This document shows, one piece after another, positions 12,601-24,885 of a DNA stretch of 64,000 nucleotides (its first letter is position 1; every line of letters starts with the position of its first letter). The position numbers were made by a program, and so were the translations under genes. This DNA is from Fimicolochytrium jonesii. Its lineage: Eukaryota. The DNA is taken from the NCBI RefSeq assembly GCF_025526975.1, contig NW_026515677.1:124001-188000 (forward strand). The letters are read 5' to 3'. The notes below the pieces were generated by a model that saw only the letters and a list, made by a program, of their open reading frames with translations, had not been told where the DNA came from and made no database searches.

Positions 12601-15600
12601 TATTCACCATCAACTGAATGCATTCCGACGGCTTCTGTGTGACGCCGACTATCTGTACCTGCGATGGCTAGTTCAAGTTTGTTGATACCATCGAAGCATT
12701 TCTTCAGATGCGATTGGACGGCCTGCGGATCCTTTGCTTGACCCAGAATTTCCAGCAGGTCATCGTTGGATATGAAGTAGAAACGTGGGAAGGCTTGACG
12801 CTTAGTTTCCAAGTACATGTCGAGCGATTTTTGAATCTTCTCAAGCTTTTGATTCATGTCATTCAGCTTCTCAAGCAGTTCGGCTTGGTGGGTCGCTCGC
12901 AAGACGTTTTTCAGCTCCAACATTCTGTTCATAATTGCTTTCCATCCATTGTTCACACCGTCGAATAAAGCTGACTCCTTGGGAAGCTGTTTCCTGATGT
13001 CTTCGGCACCAACAAAGATGTTCTCCAAATACATCCATTGACGTTGCACTTGAAGTAGCAGCTCAATTACTTCCATAATTCTGGAGAGAGTACGCTCCCA
13101 ATGATCCACTTGACTCTCGAAAGCGAGGAAGAACTTCGATGCCTTCATTGAGGACAGCGTCACTTGATTGTCCTCCAAAAGCTCGAAGATCGAGTCGGTG
13201 CTGCGGAGCTTGGAGTACCCCCTCTCCTCTTTGTAGGCAACAATGTCAAGTTCTAACTCATCCCACGAAGCTTTAATCGTTTGCAAGCCCTGTTCAATGG
13301 AAAGCTCCTTCGTCGCGGCCGACGAGATGCCCGCTATTGACTCCGCATGCTGATCCAAACCAATATCCAGGATCTTATCCAAAGTGAAATCTTTGCCTTT
13401 GGGGTCGAACGACTTGCCGACCTCATCAATGAGTTCGGACCAGTGTCGATCTCTGAGAGCCGGGTTCCTTAGATCCTGCAGTAAAGGGATAGTGCGCTTC
13501 GTATGTTGGACCCGATCGCGCAAGGATTGGAAAACGTCCCACTCCCGCATTTCACGTCCGGTCTTGTTCAATCGTTTTAAGAATCCTTGGACCGATTCGT
13601 CTACTTCGCCTGCGTCGAGAGTGAGGAATGGACGTAGGCGCCATGTCTCATACATATTATTCCATTCTTCGAATAAGGTCCAGATTTGGCTAAGAAGCTC
13701 CAAGGTATTGGTCATGAATTCCACATCTTTAGAAGGAGGCTGCTCCAGCTGGAAGACCGCAAGCCCTTTTTTTAGCTGATCCTCGCTGTTAACCGCGTTG
13801 TTCAAGGCGACCCGATACTCTTGAATGCATTTCAGCGCCTTTTCTACCCCGAAGCCAGCGTTGAAGGGGCCCTTTCCAAGGAACTCCTCTCGCAGAGACG
13901 ACGTAGTCCTCGAAAAGTCGTCGATTGCAGTGAGCAGGTCCGCCTTGAACTTGGATTTGTATTCTTGCAACGTCTTCCCGGAATCAGCAATGGTTTGCTG
14001 GAACGCCTGCCATTTCACAGGTAACGTCTCGAGCAAGGCCTTTTCGTCATCCTTGATTTGCACTTCATACTTTTCCAGGATTTCGTATTGTTCGCGAATC
14101 GGCCGGAATTGCCCCTCGATGGATTGCAATGAAGTCTGCAGCTTCTGGAGAACGCCAAGACTATCCCCCAACTGGTCCAGATCCCGTGGAACAGTTCGGA
14201 GCTTCTCTGCCTTCTCGACGAACATCTTGTGCAGACTAATCAAGTCGGTACTAGCGTTGTTATTGAGAAGGGTCGTAAGCTTGTTCTGCCACGAATTGCA
14301 ATGGCTGACCAGCGCATGCTTCAACAAAGAGCAGTCAAGGCGAATGAAGTTGATATTTGTGAGGGTTTCCTCCTTCTGCGTATTGTTCGCTACTTCGTTG
14401 TAACGATTGATGTCGGCGTCGAAGGTCGACAAGGCAGGCTTCAATTTTGCATAACGGCGTATAAAAGCGTCCTTGTTGATTTCCCAGATTTCTCTGTAGG
14501 TGTCCCAAGTGCGAAGATACTGCTGGCATTTCACTGCGTTGCTCGACATTCCATTCTGGATCGTCACGAAGATCTTGAGGATATCCTCCTCGTTTGCTAT
14601 AATATCATAGAAACGTGGCTTTCGTTCGACCGTGTCTGATCCAAGGATTTGACTGAGGCGCGGTATCACTTCGATAGTCGATATCATCTCGCGGGCAACA
14701 GTATTGATGGTTCTCTCCAGATCTGTCAGACTTGGATTGAAATCCACTCGTTGGCTTTCCAGAACAACGTTCACTTTGAAAAGCGGTTGGACTTCCGCGC
14801 CCCCATCGCGCGTTTTCCCTTCGCCATTGATGGCCTTATTTATCTCCTGCAAGGACCGACGTACAGAGGTTCGAAGCGCTTCCTCCACAGCCGCATCGAT
14901 CTTTTCCACATACTGAATCCATTGGCTATACACCTCTCGACCATCATTTCGGAACACCTCGTATGTCGTATGCAGCGTATTGCGAATGTTCTCATGCAGC
15001 GCAGCGAGCTTCTCCTGGATGATGCTGCGATACCTTTCCTGGGATTTGCCAAAATCCTCGAGCTCGTATATGCGTTTGCTTTCGACGTTCCACAGCAGTG
15101 AGTCTGCTATCAGCTTGCAGTTCCTCCGTATACGCGCATTCGACTCGATGTAGTCTGACACGGTTTTCTGCACATCTTGAGAGTAGCGGCGACATTCCTT
15201 GACGAAGTAGTCGGTTATGCCCTTGGATGCCCATGTCAAGCTCACGAGGCCGGGGTTGATCTTCCGATCGAGAAAACGAATTCGCTCACGGAACAGCAGA
15301 TGCTCTTCGGGTGACAAGGTTTCCATGATACTGTTGTGATCTCGCACCACGAGAAGGATATTCTCGCGTAAGACACGGAGCTCCTCCCGTTTGCTGTAAA
15401 TCTCCTGAATATGGAACGGGACGTCCATTTTCAACTTCTGCCAGTACGTTATCTCCGCAAAAACTCGCAGCAAGGTTCTGTCAAACTTGACTTCCAGCAT
15501 GCCTTGCCCTCTGCGTGCCATCAGAGCGTTGTCCAATCGGGTGCTCAGCTCCGCCGGAAGCTCCGCTATCCATTCCGAATGCACGCGAGACAGGTAGTCA

Positions 15601-17898
15601 TCTAGTGCACCCACCAGAAGTTCGTACTGGACCTTGGCATCATCCGCCAGAAGAGTTTTAGGAAGGTAATACGCATTTTTTAACGCGTTCATCGAGTAGC
15701 TAATGCGCCGGAGCAACGAGCGCGCCCAGTATGCAGAGCCGGATTCGTCAGGTTGAGACCGAAGGATCTCCGGACTCTTCCTGTGGGCTTCGAATTCGAG
15801 CTTCACGGCGTTCAGCTCCTGGAGAAACAGGTTATACGCGTCGGCCGTCTTCTTTTCCACCGTCCTTTTGATCGCTTCTCGTTTGGCCAAATGATGGAAT
15901 ATTTCCAAGAGTTCAACGCACGCCTCCACCGTCGTGGCACCGTCAAAGGCTGATGAGATGGTGTTCTGCATCATGACCTCCAAATCTTTGACACCCTGTT
16001 TAAAGGTGTTATAGTCGTCGTGCCATCGTGTGATTTTGACATCGAGGATATATTTGCGAATGTCCCATAAACCGGAAAGCAGCTTTCCGAAGGCTATCTC
16101 GATATCTTCTAGACTAGAACGCGAACATTGGTGACGATCAGAGGCTCTTGACGGAAATCAACCACACATACCTTTTGCTGATCTCCGGACCTTTTGATCC
16201 GCCAAAGAATGGCAGCGGTGCTTTCTCCCCGCCTTGAAGCTTCCGCGCAAATTGAACCTGCCCTTCACAGACCTCCAGTAAGTCCCGGCAGCGTTGCACA
16301 AAAGCATCGATTTGAGCAAATATGCTACTCTCATCGAAATCCCAACGACGTTTGGTGAACTTTGCGATATGCGCGCAATGCTTCTTGTAGATCAGCTTCC
16401 ATGACTCCCCACAGCTGATGCTCTCCTGTAGACTGAGCATACTTGCGCGGACATCTCCATGGAAAATCTCATCCAATGATATCTTGGCGCAGCAACGGTG
16501 TATTATCTCATTGCTGACTTTCCGCAAAAGGCTCGTCAAGCGCTCTTTGGTGTTGTAGTATTTCGAATTCGCCCAGATGATGCGAATGCAATCTAGAAGT
16601 TTAGGAAGTACCCCAGGTATCGACTTGGGCTCCGTTGTCGCAAGCACTTGACAGGGCTCCGCAAGCGTCGAGAGGAATTTCAGATTATCCTGCGCTTGAG
16701 TCGTTCCCTCCTGGATGAGATGAACCAAGCGCATGAACTGCTCCAAGTACGAAGATCGCGCGAGATCAAGAATGTGCAGGATCTGACGCACATCAGCGCG
16801 GTCCAGCTGAGCACTTATCCCCGACAAATCATCACATCTGCTCCGCCAGAATTGGATCTCTTCCGTCGGTCCAGAGTTTTCAATCGTTTCCGAAGCGTGT
16901 TGATTGTTGACGACTTCCTTGATCTGCCGGGTCCAGTGCATGAGAAGCGATTCCAGTCGCTGGATCACGTCTTTTCGCTTCGCGCACGATTCGGCATCCG
17001 TGAGCTCTTCCCTGGGTACGTAGAGCACGGTGTGCCCTTTCATCTGAAACGCCGCATCGGTTAACAGCGCCATGAATTTGTGCAGCTGGTTGTTGAAATC
17101 TTTTCGAGCGCTCTCCGGCCAGCGTTGATTGTTCGATACGATTGGAGTGAATACTCCATCCATCAGCCGTAAAAGATTCGGCATCGCTCCTCCCGTAATT
17201 GTCCCATATTGAACCATACGCTCGAAGTTGGCATCGCTGATTTGTTCGTGTTCCGACGCTTTGTCTCGAAGAAAGTACATAAGGTCGGGGTTCGACTGGT
17301 CTTGCAGTGTATCGGTGAGGTGAAGCTGCGGACTCCCATTGCGGTTGTCGACAAAGGCAAATAGTTTTGCAGCGGTTTTTGCTTCGAGGAAGTTCGCTAC
17401 GGTCTTTTGATGTTCCTCGGTCCAGATGTCCTTGGTGAACGACGGCAACGTTAGAAGGGTACAGAAACGATCCACCAGTTGCCCAACTCCATGGCCTTCC
17501 GGCGGCACGCTGGAGGTCAGCATGGTTCCCTCTGCGCTCGGTCGCAGGAGAGTGCTCAGTAACTCAAAAGAGGGAGGCAGACGTCTTGTACAGCTTCTCG
17601 GGTTTGTCACCTTCAACGTCCGATTCTCAGATTTCAAGCAAAGCCCCTTTCTGACGCGTTCTTGCTTACCTGATGGTGAACGCGTGCGCTCGTCACGACC
17701 ATCTTTCGAAAGAGTCCCAGAGAGGACCACTCTCATCACCCGGCAACAAGCTTCTGGGCAAACCCAACTAAATCGGCCAAGCAAACACAGGTAGGCCCTT
17801 AACGACCTCGTACATAGTTCGGCAAGGCTGTGCAAACCAACACTCGCTACCATCCCCCTCTGCCTTCTCCCTCTCCCGATCACCCCCGGTTGGGACAT
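3698..17898 (-). CDS. DNAH2: Axonemal dynein heavy chain, inner arm I1/f beta type (DNAH2/DHC10-like), ~4500 aa; start codon uncertain (17898, 17735 or 17523)
   Basis: AAA1 P-loop [26 protein letters not shown] (DNAH2-type), further P-loops GATGSGKS, GDVGTGKT and GVGGSGRQ, stalk and C-terminal FFIKRGTAALASLT*. Frame-restoring GT-AG introns at 3801-3872, 4032-4093, 4304-4361, 5979-6042, 8706-8789, 12509-12568, 16114-16171 and probably 17532-17669. Confidence 0.95.
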
Positions 17899-18821
17899 CG
17901 TTATGGGCCTTCGTTCACGCACGCACATCAGGAGGTGCAAAAGTAGATCGTCTCAACGCATCATCGCAACCCACTCCGTAGCTTCGGATCGAGCTTTCCG
18001 ATGATTGAAAGCGCCTCCGGAGTTTTTTTTTCATATCTCCCTATTCGTTTGACCCGTTTTTCGCGGATGCTGACGTCTGGCACGTTCCCTGGGCTTATAG
18101 TTTTATGAGCGAGATTGGGGCCAGCAGGGATGCCAATACAGGGGTGGCATGGACGCTTTATCTTCTTGGGCCCCCTCACGTCCACTTGTTACCAATGCTG
18201 TCCGCCCTCCGCAACTCAGGAGCAGCCGCGTATGGAACAGCGAATAAGAAAACGAGCATCGGAAGCATGGAATTTCGAGGATGCGCCACCGCTCTGTCCA
18301 ACGTTTTGCCCCAGTCATCGGTGGGCCGATAATGGGAGACTGCTGTGATCGAAACAAGGACAGGTGTTCTGGACTTACGACTTGGGACACTGGACCTTCC
18401 ATCCAACTCTCGAGCGACGCGGAGCGATTTGGCCTATTGCATTCGACCACCCAGACTGCCTGGGATTGACGACTTTCGGGAAGAATTTCGGACAAAACCG
18501 CGGTCGCTGCGATGCAGCTTTCGATAGTCTATCCGCCAAATCGGTCGGTCACAAGTGGGAATGAACGCTATCGTGGCTTCAACGAACTGCTGCGAGTGGG
18601 ACGGAGTTTGTGGATTGTGGACAGAGTCTTGCTGTAGTACGGGCGTTTTGCTTTCTTTGGAGGTTGGACGTTGTATGTATCCACTCGCTGCACAGAACAT
18701 TGCGTTGGTCACCCTTCCATAAACCGATGCCCTTTCAATACTTGATACGCAGTCCCACACTTGCGAGCTTGTCCACTTGCAATCAGAGCTTCCGCAACGG
18801 CCATGTCCCCCACAAGCACAA

Positions 18822-18869
18822 CTTCCCTCCCTGTGGCTTCAACCTCTTCCCTCCCTGTAGCTTCAACCT
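18822..18869. repeat. 24-bp tandem duplication (CTTCCCTCCCTGTRGCTTCAACCT x2)
   Basis: Read directly; one mismatch between units. Confidence 0.85.
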
Positions 18870-19148
18870 CTCCGGGCGAGGATGCAGCACATCTTCCCGG
18901 CGATGCTCCATTGTTCTCTTCCGCAGCACGAGGCGGAAGACTTCCACATCAACCTCCTTCAGATCTTCACCCACACATATGCGCATGCAGACCAAGCACA
19001 ATACCAGTGCCCGCGCATACCCGTGTCAACAGACAGTGACGAGCAAACTCGACAGGAAGGCTAGGTTTTTCACTGTATATTCCAACCCCATGTACAAAAT
19101 CCAGACATATCCATCATCGCCAGGCACAAGACAAGAGAAGATATACCC

Positions 19149-20044
19149 TTAAGCCTTGGGGGCAACGGGCTTCTTGTCCTTCTGGAAACCACGGAAACGC
19201 TGGGGAGGGGTACGGTCACGACGACCTTCGACGGAGCGAACACGGACGATCTTTGAGTGGATGGCGCAGGAGACGCAGTAATGCATCTTGATGTACAGCT
19301 TGGGGAGAGCGTACTCTACAAAATTCCAAAGGGGAAGGTTAATCGCTATTCCTGTGTTCTCCAAAAACAAAGCTGAAAGTCTTACCTTCGAAGACGGAGG
19401 CCTCAGACAAATCGCGAATGGCAGCTTGCTCAACCATGTTGCGAATCAAGAACCTCTTGATGGCCTTGTCCTTGGGGACGCATCGCGCGCAGTTGGAGCA
19501 GCGGACGGGCTTAACGTGGCCGCGTCCGTGCTTGGAGCGTCCGTTGTTCCTCCTCTTCTGAGTCTGCGAGGGAATGCCGAGAAATGGCGTGTTAACCCTC
19601 CATTTGACAAGCACTGCGTTTGTGTGTTCCGTTCTCCCATGTTCTTCATGGCCCTCTCAATGCTCGAAATGTCGCCGTTCCTCTGGGGAGTTCGCTGGTA
19701 CCCATGCCACATCTCAGCCCCACGTCAGAATAACATCCTCACACATGAGCGAGCTGATACCACGGTTCCCCGGAGTTGCCACACCCATTGCCAGCGAACC
19801 CGTCGAATATCGTATTCCAGTGCCACCCCCTTCCCTCTCGGCGCCGTTGTCCACAAGCCCTCTCTCCACAATCGCAATTCGAGAATTCAATGTGGGCCAA
19901 TTCGGTTCCACTCGTTCGTCCGTCCGTCCATCCATCCGTCCATCCATCCATCCGTCGCTCGGAACCCCTCCCTCCACTCGCATTCGTCCATCCTTCCTCG
20001 GCGGTCGTCGCTGCTGCTCCTTGGTGGTGTTCGGTGCTTACCAT
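19149..20044 (-). CDS. RPS26: 40S ribosomal protein S26 (eS26); exons 20042-20044 (ATG only), 19386-19563, 19149-19315
   Basis: Spliced product [39 protein letters not shown]...[16 protein letters not shown]; introns 19564-20041 (GTAAGC..CAG) and 19316-19385. Confidence 0.97.
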
Positions 20045-21258
20045 GATGAGATTGTGGTTCCCACTTAGACTTCGCCGGAAATTGAGAGGGCTGTTCAACT
20101 AATGCCTGCGAGCGCTCAGTGACCCAAGCACTCGGCCCGCAACCCGCGTCGATAACTAACTGTGAGGAAAATAAGTAACAGGTCACGTGTCGTGTTTTAG
20201 GTTGTTCAATTAGCCCATTCAGCATCTGTTTCTCTGTTTCCTGGGCGAAGTAACTATTGTGGAGGAGGATGGATTCGAAGGGGACCTCAGGCTACTACAG
20301 ACGCTCACTCTGTGACGTTCCGTTCTGCTGTAAGGAGCTACGTTCACCTGGGTGGAAGCAAGAGCGGGTGACAAGGCGTCCAAAGGTGAAGCCGGCCGCC
20401 ACTCTCGGCATTCCACAGCGCAGGCCGCCGCGTGCTTCTCCCGACGAACATCGGAGAGCAGTCCCACTGCATGATGCATTCAGCGGAATGTGTTGGAGGA
20501 TGCCGAACTCGGTGTGGACATCCCCAATTCCAGTGTCCAAAACGGTCGGAGCACTCCCGCAGTCCAGAGACATGTCCGAAAACGCGTGTGACATGAACTT
20601 GAACCTGAGCGATCCCCTTTTTGCCCTCACAAATCCCCCTTTCGGCATCGTCCCTTGCTTTTTTCATTGCTGCCGTCGGCCGTTGGACAGAAAGGGACAA
20701 GGAGAGGGATCTGCCGTGTGGGCTTTTCTATCATGTTACGCTTTTTCGTCCCGGGTCAGACTGTCGAGCTGTTCGTGCCAGACCTGAGAGGTGTGGGAAA
20801 GAAGGCTGTCAAGCATCTTGCACAGCGTTCCAGTTTCTTCCCGCAACTGACAACTATCAGCTGAAGACAGCATACTCTCGCCGCTAGTTTCTGAGCTCTC
20901 CTGCAAGTCTCGCTTCCCGTTCTCCATTCCTCAAGATCGTTGCCCGTCCCGTGAGGCACCCCCGGTGTTGTCTGACAACAGTTCCTGACCATCTTACCAT
21001 CTCCGAGAAGCACTTCGCAATACAGCTGCGGACTGACACATACACTCCCAATACCGTTCTGTTACGGACTCACATTGAGAGAGGACACCGCGCTAGCTGC
21101 GAGACGTTTCTTTGGGCACAAGTCGACGGAAGCTCACCAGGCATTGCGGCCATCTCGGGAAAACCAGCTGCGCACGACTACGCACGCGTTCTCCCCCAGA
21201 GTCATCTCAAAGTCCGACAACCCCCCCACAAACCCCGCCGCCCTCGAACCCCCCAACC

Positions 21259-21870
21259 ATGGTCAGCTTCTACCTCCTCCACCGGGGCCTAACCTACTTC
21301 ACCACCTCGGGCGCCAATTTCCTGCCCCTCCTCAAACACGCCATGGACCTCTACTTCGCCAAACGTTACGCCAGCGTCCCGTGCGCGCAGCCCTGGTTCC
21401 GTTATACCTGCTTTGACGACTTCAGTACCGACTGGTCCTTCCGCACGGAGCTCGGCTGCGTCTCCATCATCGCGCTGCTCACGGTTCTCATCCTCGGCTT
21501 CCACACCTTACTCGCCACGTACCATTTCATGTGCTGCTGGACCGCACGGAAGGGCGATTTCCTTGCCGGCACAGAGTTTGGATGCTGCGGCGCCGCAGCG
21601 GTCGTGATCGGCCTCGCGGCGGATGACGAGGAAGTCAGCCGCGTTGTCCCGACCAAAGTGAAGCATCGCCGGATGACGAGGGTGGTGACCGCCGTGTTGG
21701 AGGTGCCGTTGATTGCGGCGGCGTGTGTGGCGATTAATATTGATACGTCGGATACGGTGACCGATAGTCATCGGAGCAGTTTGTGGTTGCTTTTGGTGGT
21801 GTTGATGTTGAATTTGTCGAGCTTTATTGATAATATATATGAGGGGTTGATGATGTTTGTTATGGTTTGA
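21259..21870 (+). CDS. Hypothetical multi-pass membrane protein, 203 aa, intronless
   Basis: ATG at 21259 in AACC-ATG-G context; several hydrophobic segments; gene-like codon bias. Confidence 0.7.
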   Translation: MVSFYLLHRGLTYFTTSGANFLPLLKHAMDLYFAKRYASVPCAQPWFRYTCFDDFSTDWSFRTELGCVSIIALLTVLILGFHTLLATYHFMCCWTARKGDFLAGTEFGCCGAAAVVIGLAADDEEVSRVVPTKVKHRRMTRVVTAVLEVPLIAAACVAINIDTSDTVTDSHRSSLWLLLVVLMLNLSSFIDNIYEGLMMFVMV

Positions 21871-22187
21871 CGACATACCCCCCCGGCGTAGTATCTAGTC
21901 TTTCCCCCCCGAGATGGGAGTTCCCCTAACGGACATAATCGTGGCGTATTGCTGTTAGTCTTATACTTTGTCTGAATTTTCCTGTCATCAGAATACGTGT
22001 TAGAGGCAGCGAGGACGTTGATTCTGAAGCCAAGAAACGTGTGGTGGTGGTATTTGATCGAAATGTACATATCTACAATGAGGTTGCGGGGGTGTGTATG
22101 CTACATGCTATTTACAAAAGTCAAGAGTGTCCCTCAATCCAAGCGTCCGTAATAGGATCTAACCTAATCCTCTAAGTATCTCTACGC

Positions 22188-22850
22188 CTACACCGCACAA
22201 GCAACCACGCCGTTCGCGACCAACCTCGCCCTCAACGTCTGTCTAATCCTCGCCTCGACCCGTCCCCGCTGGCCCATCCCCCACTTCCCCAGCCGCGTTT
22301 GCCGCAGCATCCTCTGCCCGCTCTCCACCCTCCGAATCTGGAACCCGGCAAAGTCCCTCAGCCACGCCACCCACCTCCCAAACACCTCGCTCGGGACGAC
22401 CAGCTGCCACTGTAAACCCTCACAGATGGCCTTTTTCATCGCGACCAGCAGCGCGGTCGACAGCCCGCTGACGTAGGAGTAGTGCGAGATGGAGTGCGGG
22501 ATATCGTTCAGGAACGAGTCGGCGGTGGAGATCGCGGCCGTGAGGAGCACCAGCGGCGCCAGCGGGGTGGAGGCCATGACGTGGGTGACGGCGTGCGTGT
22601 GTCGTGGGTTTGCGTGCGCGAGGCCGGCGAGGTATTGGAGGGCGAGGAAGACGGTGGTGGGTTTGATGAGGGTGCGGGAGAGGATGGTGTGCAGGGAGTG
22701 GGTGAGGCGGGGGAGGTTGGTGGTTTTGGCGGTTGCGGGGAAGAGGTGGATGAGGACGTGGACGGCGAGTTTGGCGAGGGAGGCGGTGTGCGAGGAGTGG
22801 GTGCCCCGGTGGTGCGGGGTGGGTGCGGATGGCGGGGAGGTGTCGTCCAT
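22188..22850 (-). CDS. Divergent Pho80/Pcl-family cyclin-like protein, 220 aa, intronless
   Basis: Pattern ILSRT..PTTVFLALQYL..LTAAISTADSFLND..SISHYSYVSGLS..LVAMKKAICEGLQWQLVV..FGRW matches the spacing of the Pcl cyclin box. Confidence 0.7.
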   Translation of the reverse strand: MDDTSPPSAPTPHHRGTHSSHTASLAKLAVHVLIHLFPATAKTTNLPRLTHSLHTILSRTLIKPTTVFLALQYLAGLAHANPRHTHAVTHVMASTPLAPLVLLTAAISTADSFLNDIPHSISHYSYVSGLSTALLVAMKKAICEGLQWQLVVPSEVFGRWVAWLRDFAGFQIRRVESGQRMLRQTRLGKWGMGQRGRVEARIRQTLRARLVANGVVACAV

Positions 22851-24885
22851 TGCTGTGCCTTTGCGGAGATGTGATATGCGGCGGTTGATTGTGTGCGGTG
22901 TTGGTGGGCGAGGGATATAAGAGACCCGAGGACTATGACCGACTAACAGGCGGGCGCACCGCTGACATCGACACTGATATAACTTGCCAAAAAAGCTTGT
23001 TCTTGCTCCTTCCTTCACTTCTTTCCGCCGATGCCGTGGTAATTCCCGTCTATATGATGAATGTCCCGGAGCCGCACGGAAAGGGGTTCGCCGCGGCTGT
23101 TGAAGCGACTCGAACGAGTATGAGAATGTGAAGAATGGGTGATTGATGAGCGGGGAGCGGGAGTGTGAGTGTCTGTGGATGGGATAAAGTGGCGAGCGGG
23201 TATTGAGGCCTGAAGGAAAAGACGAACGGCCAAGTGTCAGAACGACGAACCCCCACGGCCAGCGCGCGTTGCGGTCTGGGCTTACGTGATTTCCCGACGG
23301 CGAACCATGCGGCCGTGTTGGTTGGCGCTCAATCAAACGCGTCCCGTCTTGCTATTTTTGAGCAAACCAGTGGTTTCACTTCAAATTCAGAGGGAGGGGG
23401 CCAAAGCGCCGCCGGGGTGCTGCCAATCGTAACAAACCTACTAGTAGGCCTCAAACGGTTCGACTCCCCAAAAGCTATATCCCAACGCCCAGTTTCACTT
23501 CTCAATCACTCCCATCGCCCATAACTCCTCAAAGTAATGCTTCCCCCTCTCATGTTTTGATCGTTCGATGGAAGGTGTGGTTGGGTACGTAACGTAAAAA
23601 CCCACACGGAGATGGACAAAGCCGGTTCCTGTTTGCTTGGTCGAGTCTTTGCCCAATCATGCAGCCTTACAAATGCGTATACCGTACGTACGGAACTGCC
23701 CAGTTTCGGGGCGTGCCGGAGCTTACTTTTCGTTGGAATACCTGTGATCGGAGGTCTCTGAAAAAAGGGTTCCCAACACATCGTTGCGAACCAATGTTGC
23801 CGGGATCCCCGACCAGAAACATTCAGATGCAGCTGCATTTGCCTCGTTGAGCACGGAACGGTGACATGACAATCACGGCGCTCGAAGCATTCAGGGGTGT
23901 GCCGTTTTGGAGCGTTATGTGGATCCGGCCGGAGCACATCCCATTTTGGAGGACCCCATGCTGGAAGCCCGCTACGAACGGGCCTGCTCCCGAGCATTGA
24001 GTCGTAACCCCTTTCGGGACGGACAACAACGGCTTCAATGCAACTTTTTGTCGAAACATATGTTGTTGTGTGATGGGAGATCCCCCACACAACGTTGCAG
24101 ACCAACGGGTGCTCTCTTAGATTCGACACGGGATCCGCAAAGAACAATACAATACACGCTGACGGTATTGACAATTCCCCTATTGCGGATTGAAAGCTAT
24201 CTGCCGGAGCGCATCCCGTCTCGTAGCGGAGTTTACCGGGGTATCGCATTGTCAAAGCAACAGGCCATGATATAAATGGGAAAGCGTCCGCTGGTGTCAG
24301 GTGACGTCCCCAAGTTTCTAAGTTCCATGGTTGCCAAATGACGAGCGGGAGGTACGAGCTCCGAGGACATTTGGGAGTGAGGGCGGGAGCACAAATGAGT
24401 TCCTTTACGTATACAGTAAATAAGGCGCATTATTACGTAGCGGGCAGAACGGGGATTTCCGCCCATTACCGCCGGGTGGGGGCCTATTACCCTCCCCAAC
24501 ACTGGAGCTCGCTTGGTACTGTATACATCTATAGATCGTAGCTTAAAAGTGCTTGATGAGACGATGAGATGATGCTGTCTGTCTGTCGCGTCCGCCCATG
24601 TCCAAATCTGTGTCCAAATAACCGGCCAAAAAACCATACGCTTTCTGAACAAGGCCGCAACGGACCGCTGACTGACGGACTTTAACAAAAGACCCTCATC
24701 CACAAGGACACCCCCCCAACTGCTCTTACCAAGCTCAGCCTCACGAGTACATATACCCAGAGTGCCAGCTTATACACTGAGAAACCCGCTCTGCGAAACA
24801 GTCGGCCTGAGAAGAGCTTCGAATTCGGGGCATTTGAACACCTTACTTACGACTGCTGGACCAGTCGTAACTCCTCCCAACAACA

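Noticed and set aside
21940..21996. Minus-strand CTGATGA-CAG-GAAA with a possible stem I
   Set aside because: No stem III and no NUH triplet; likely chance
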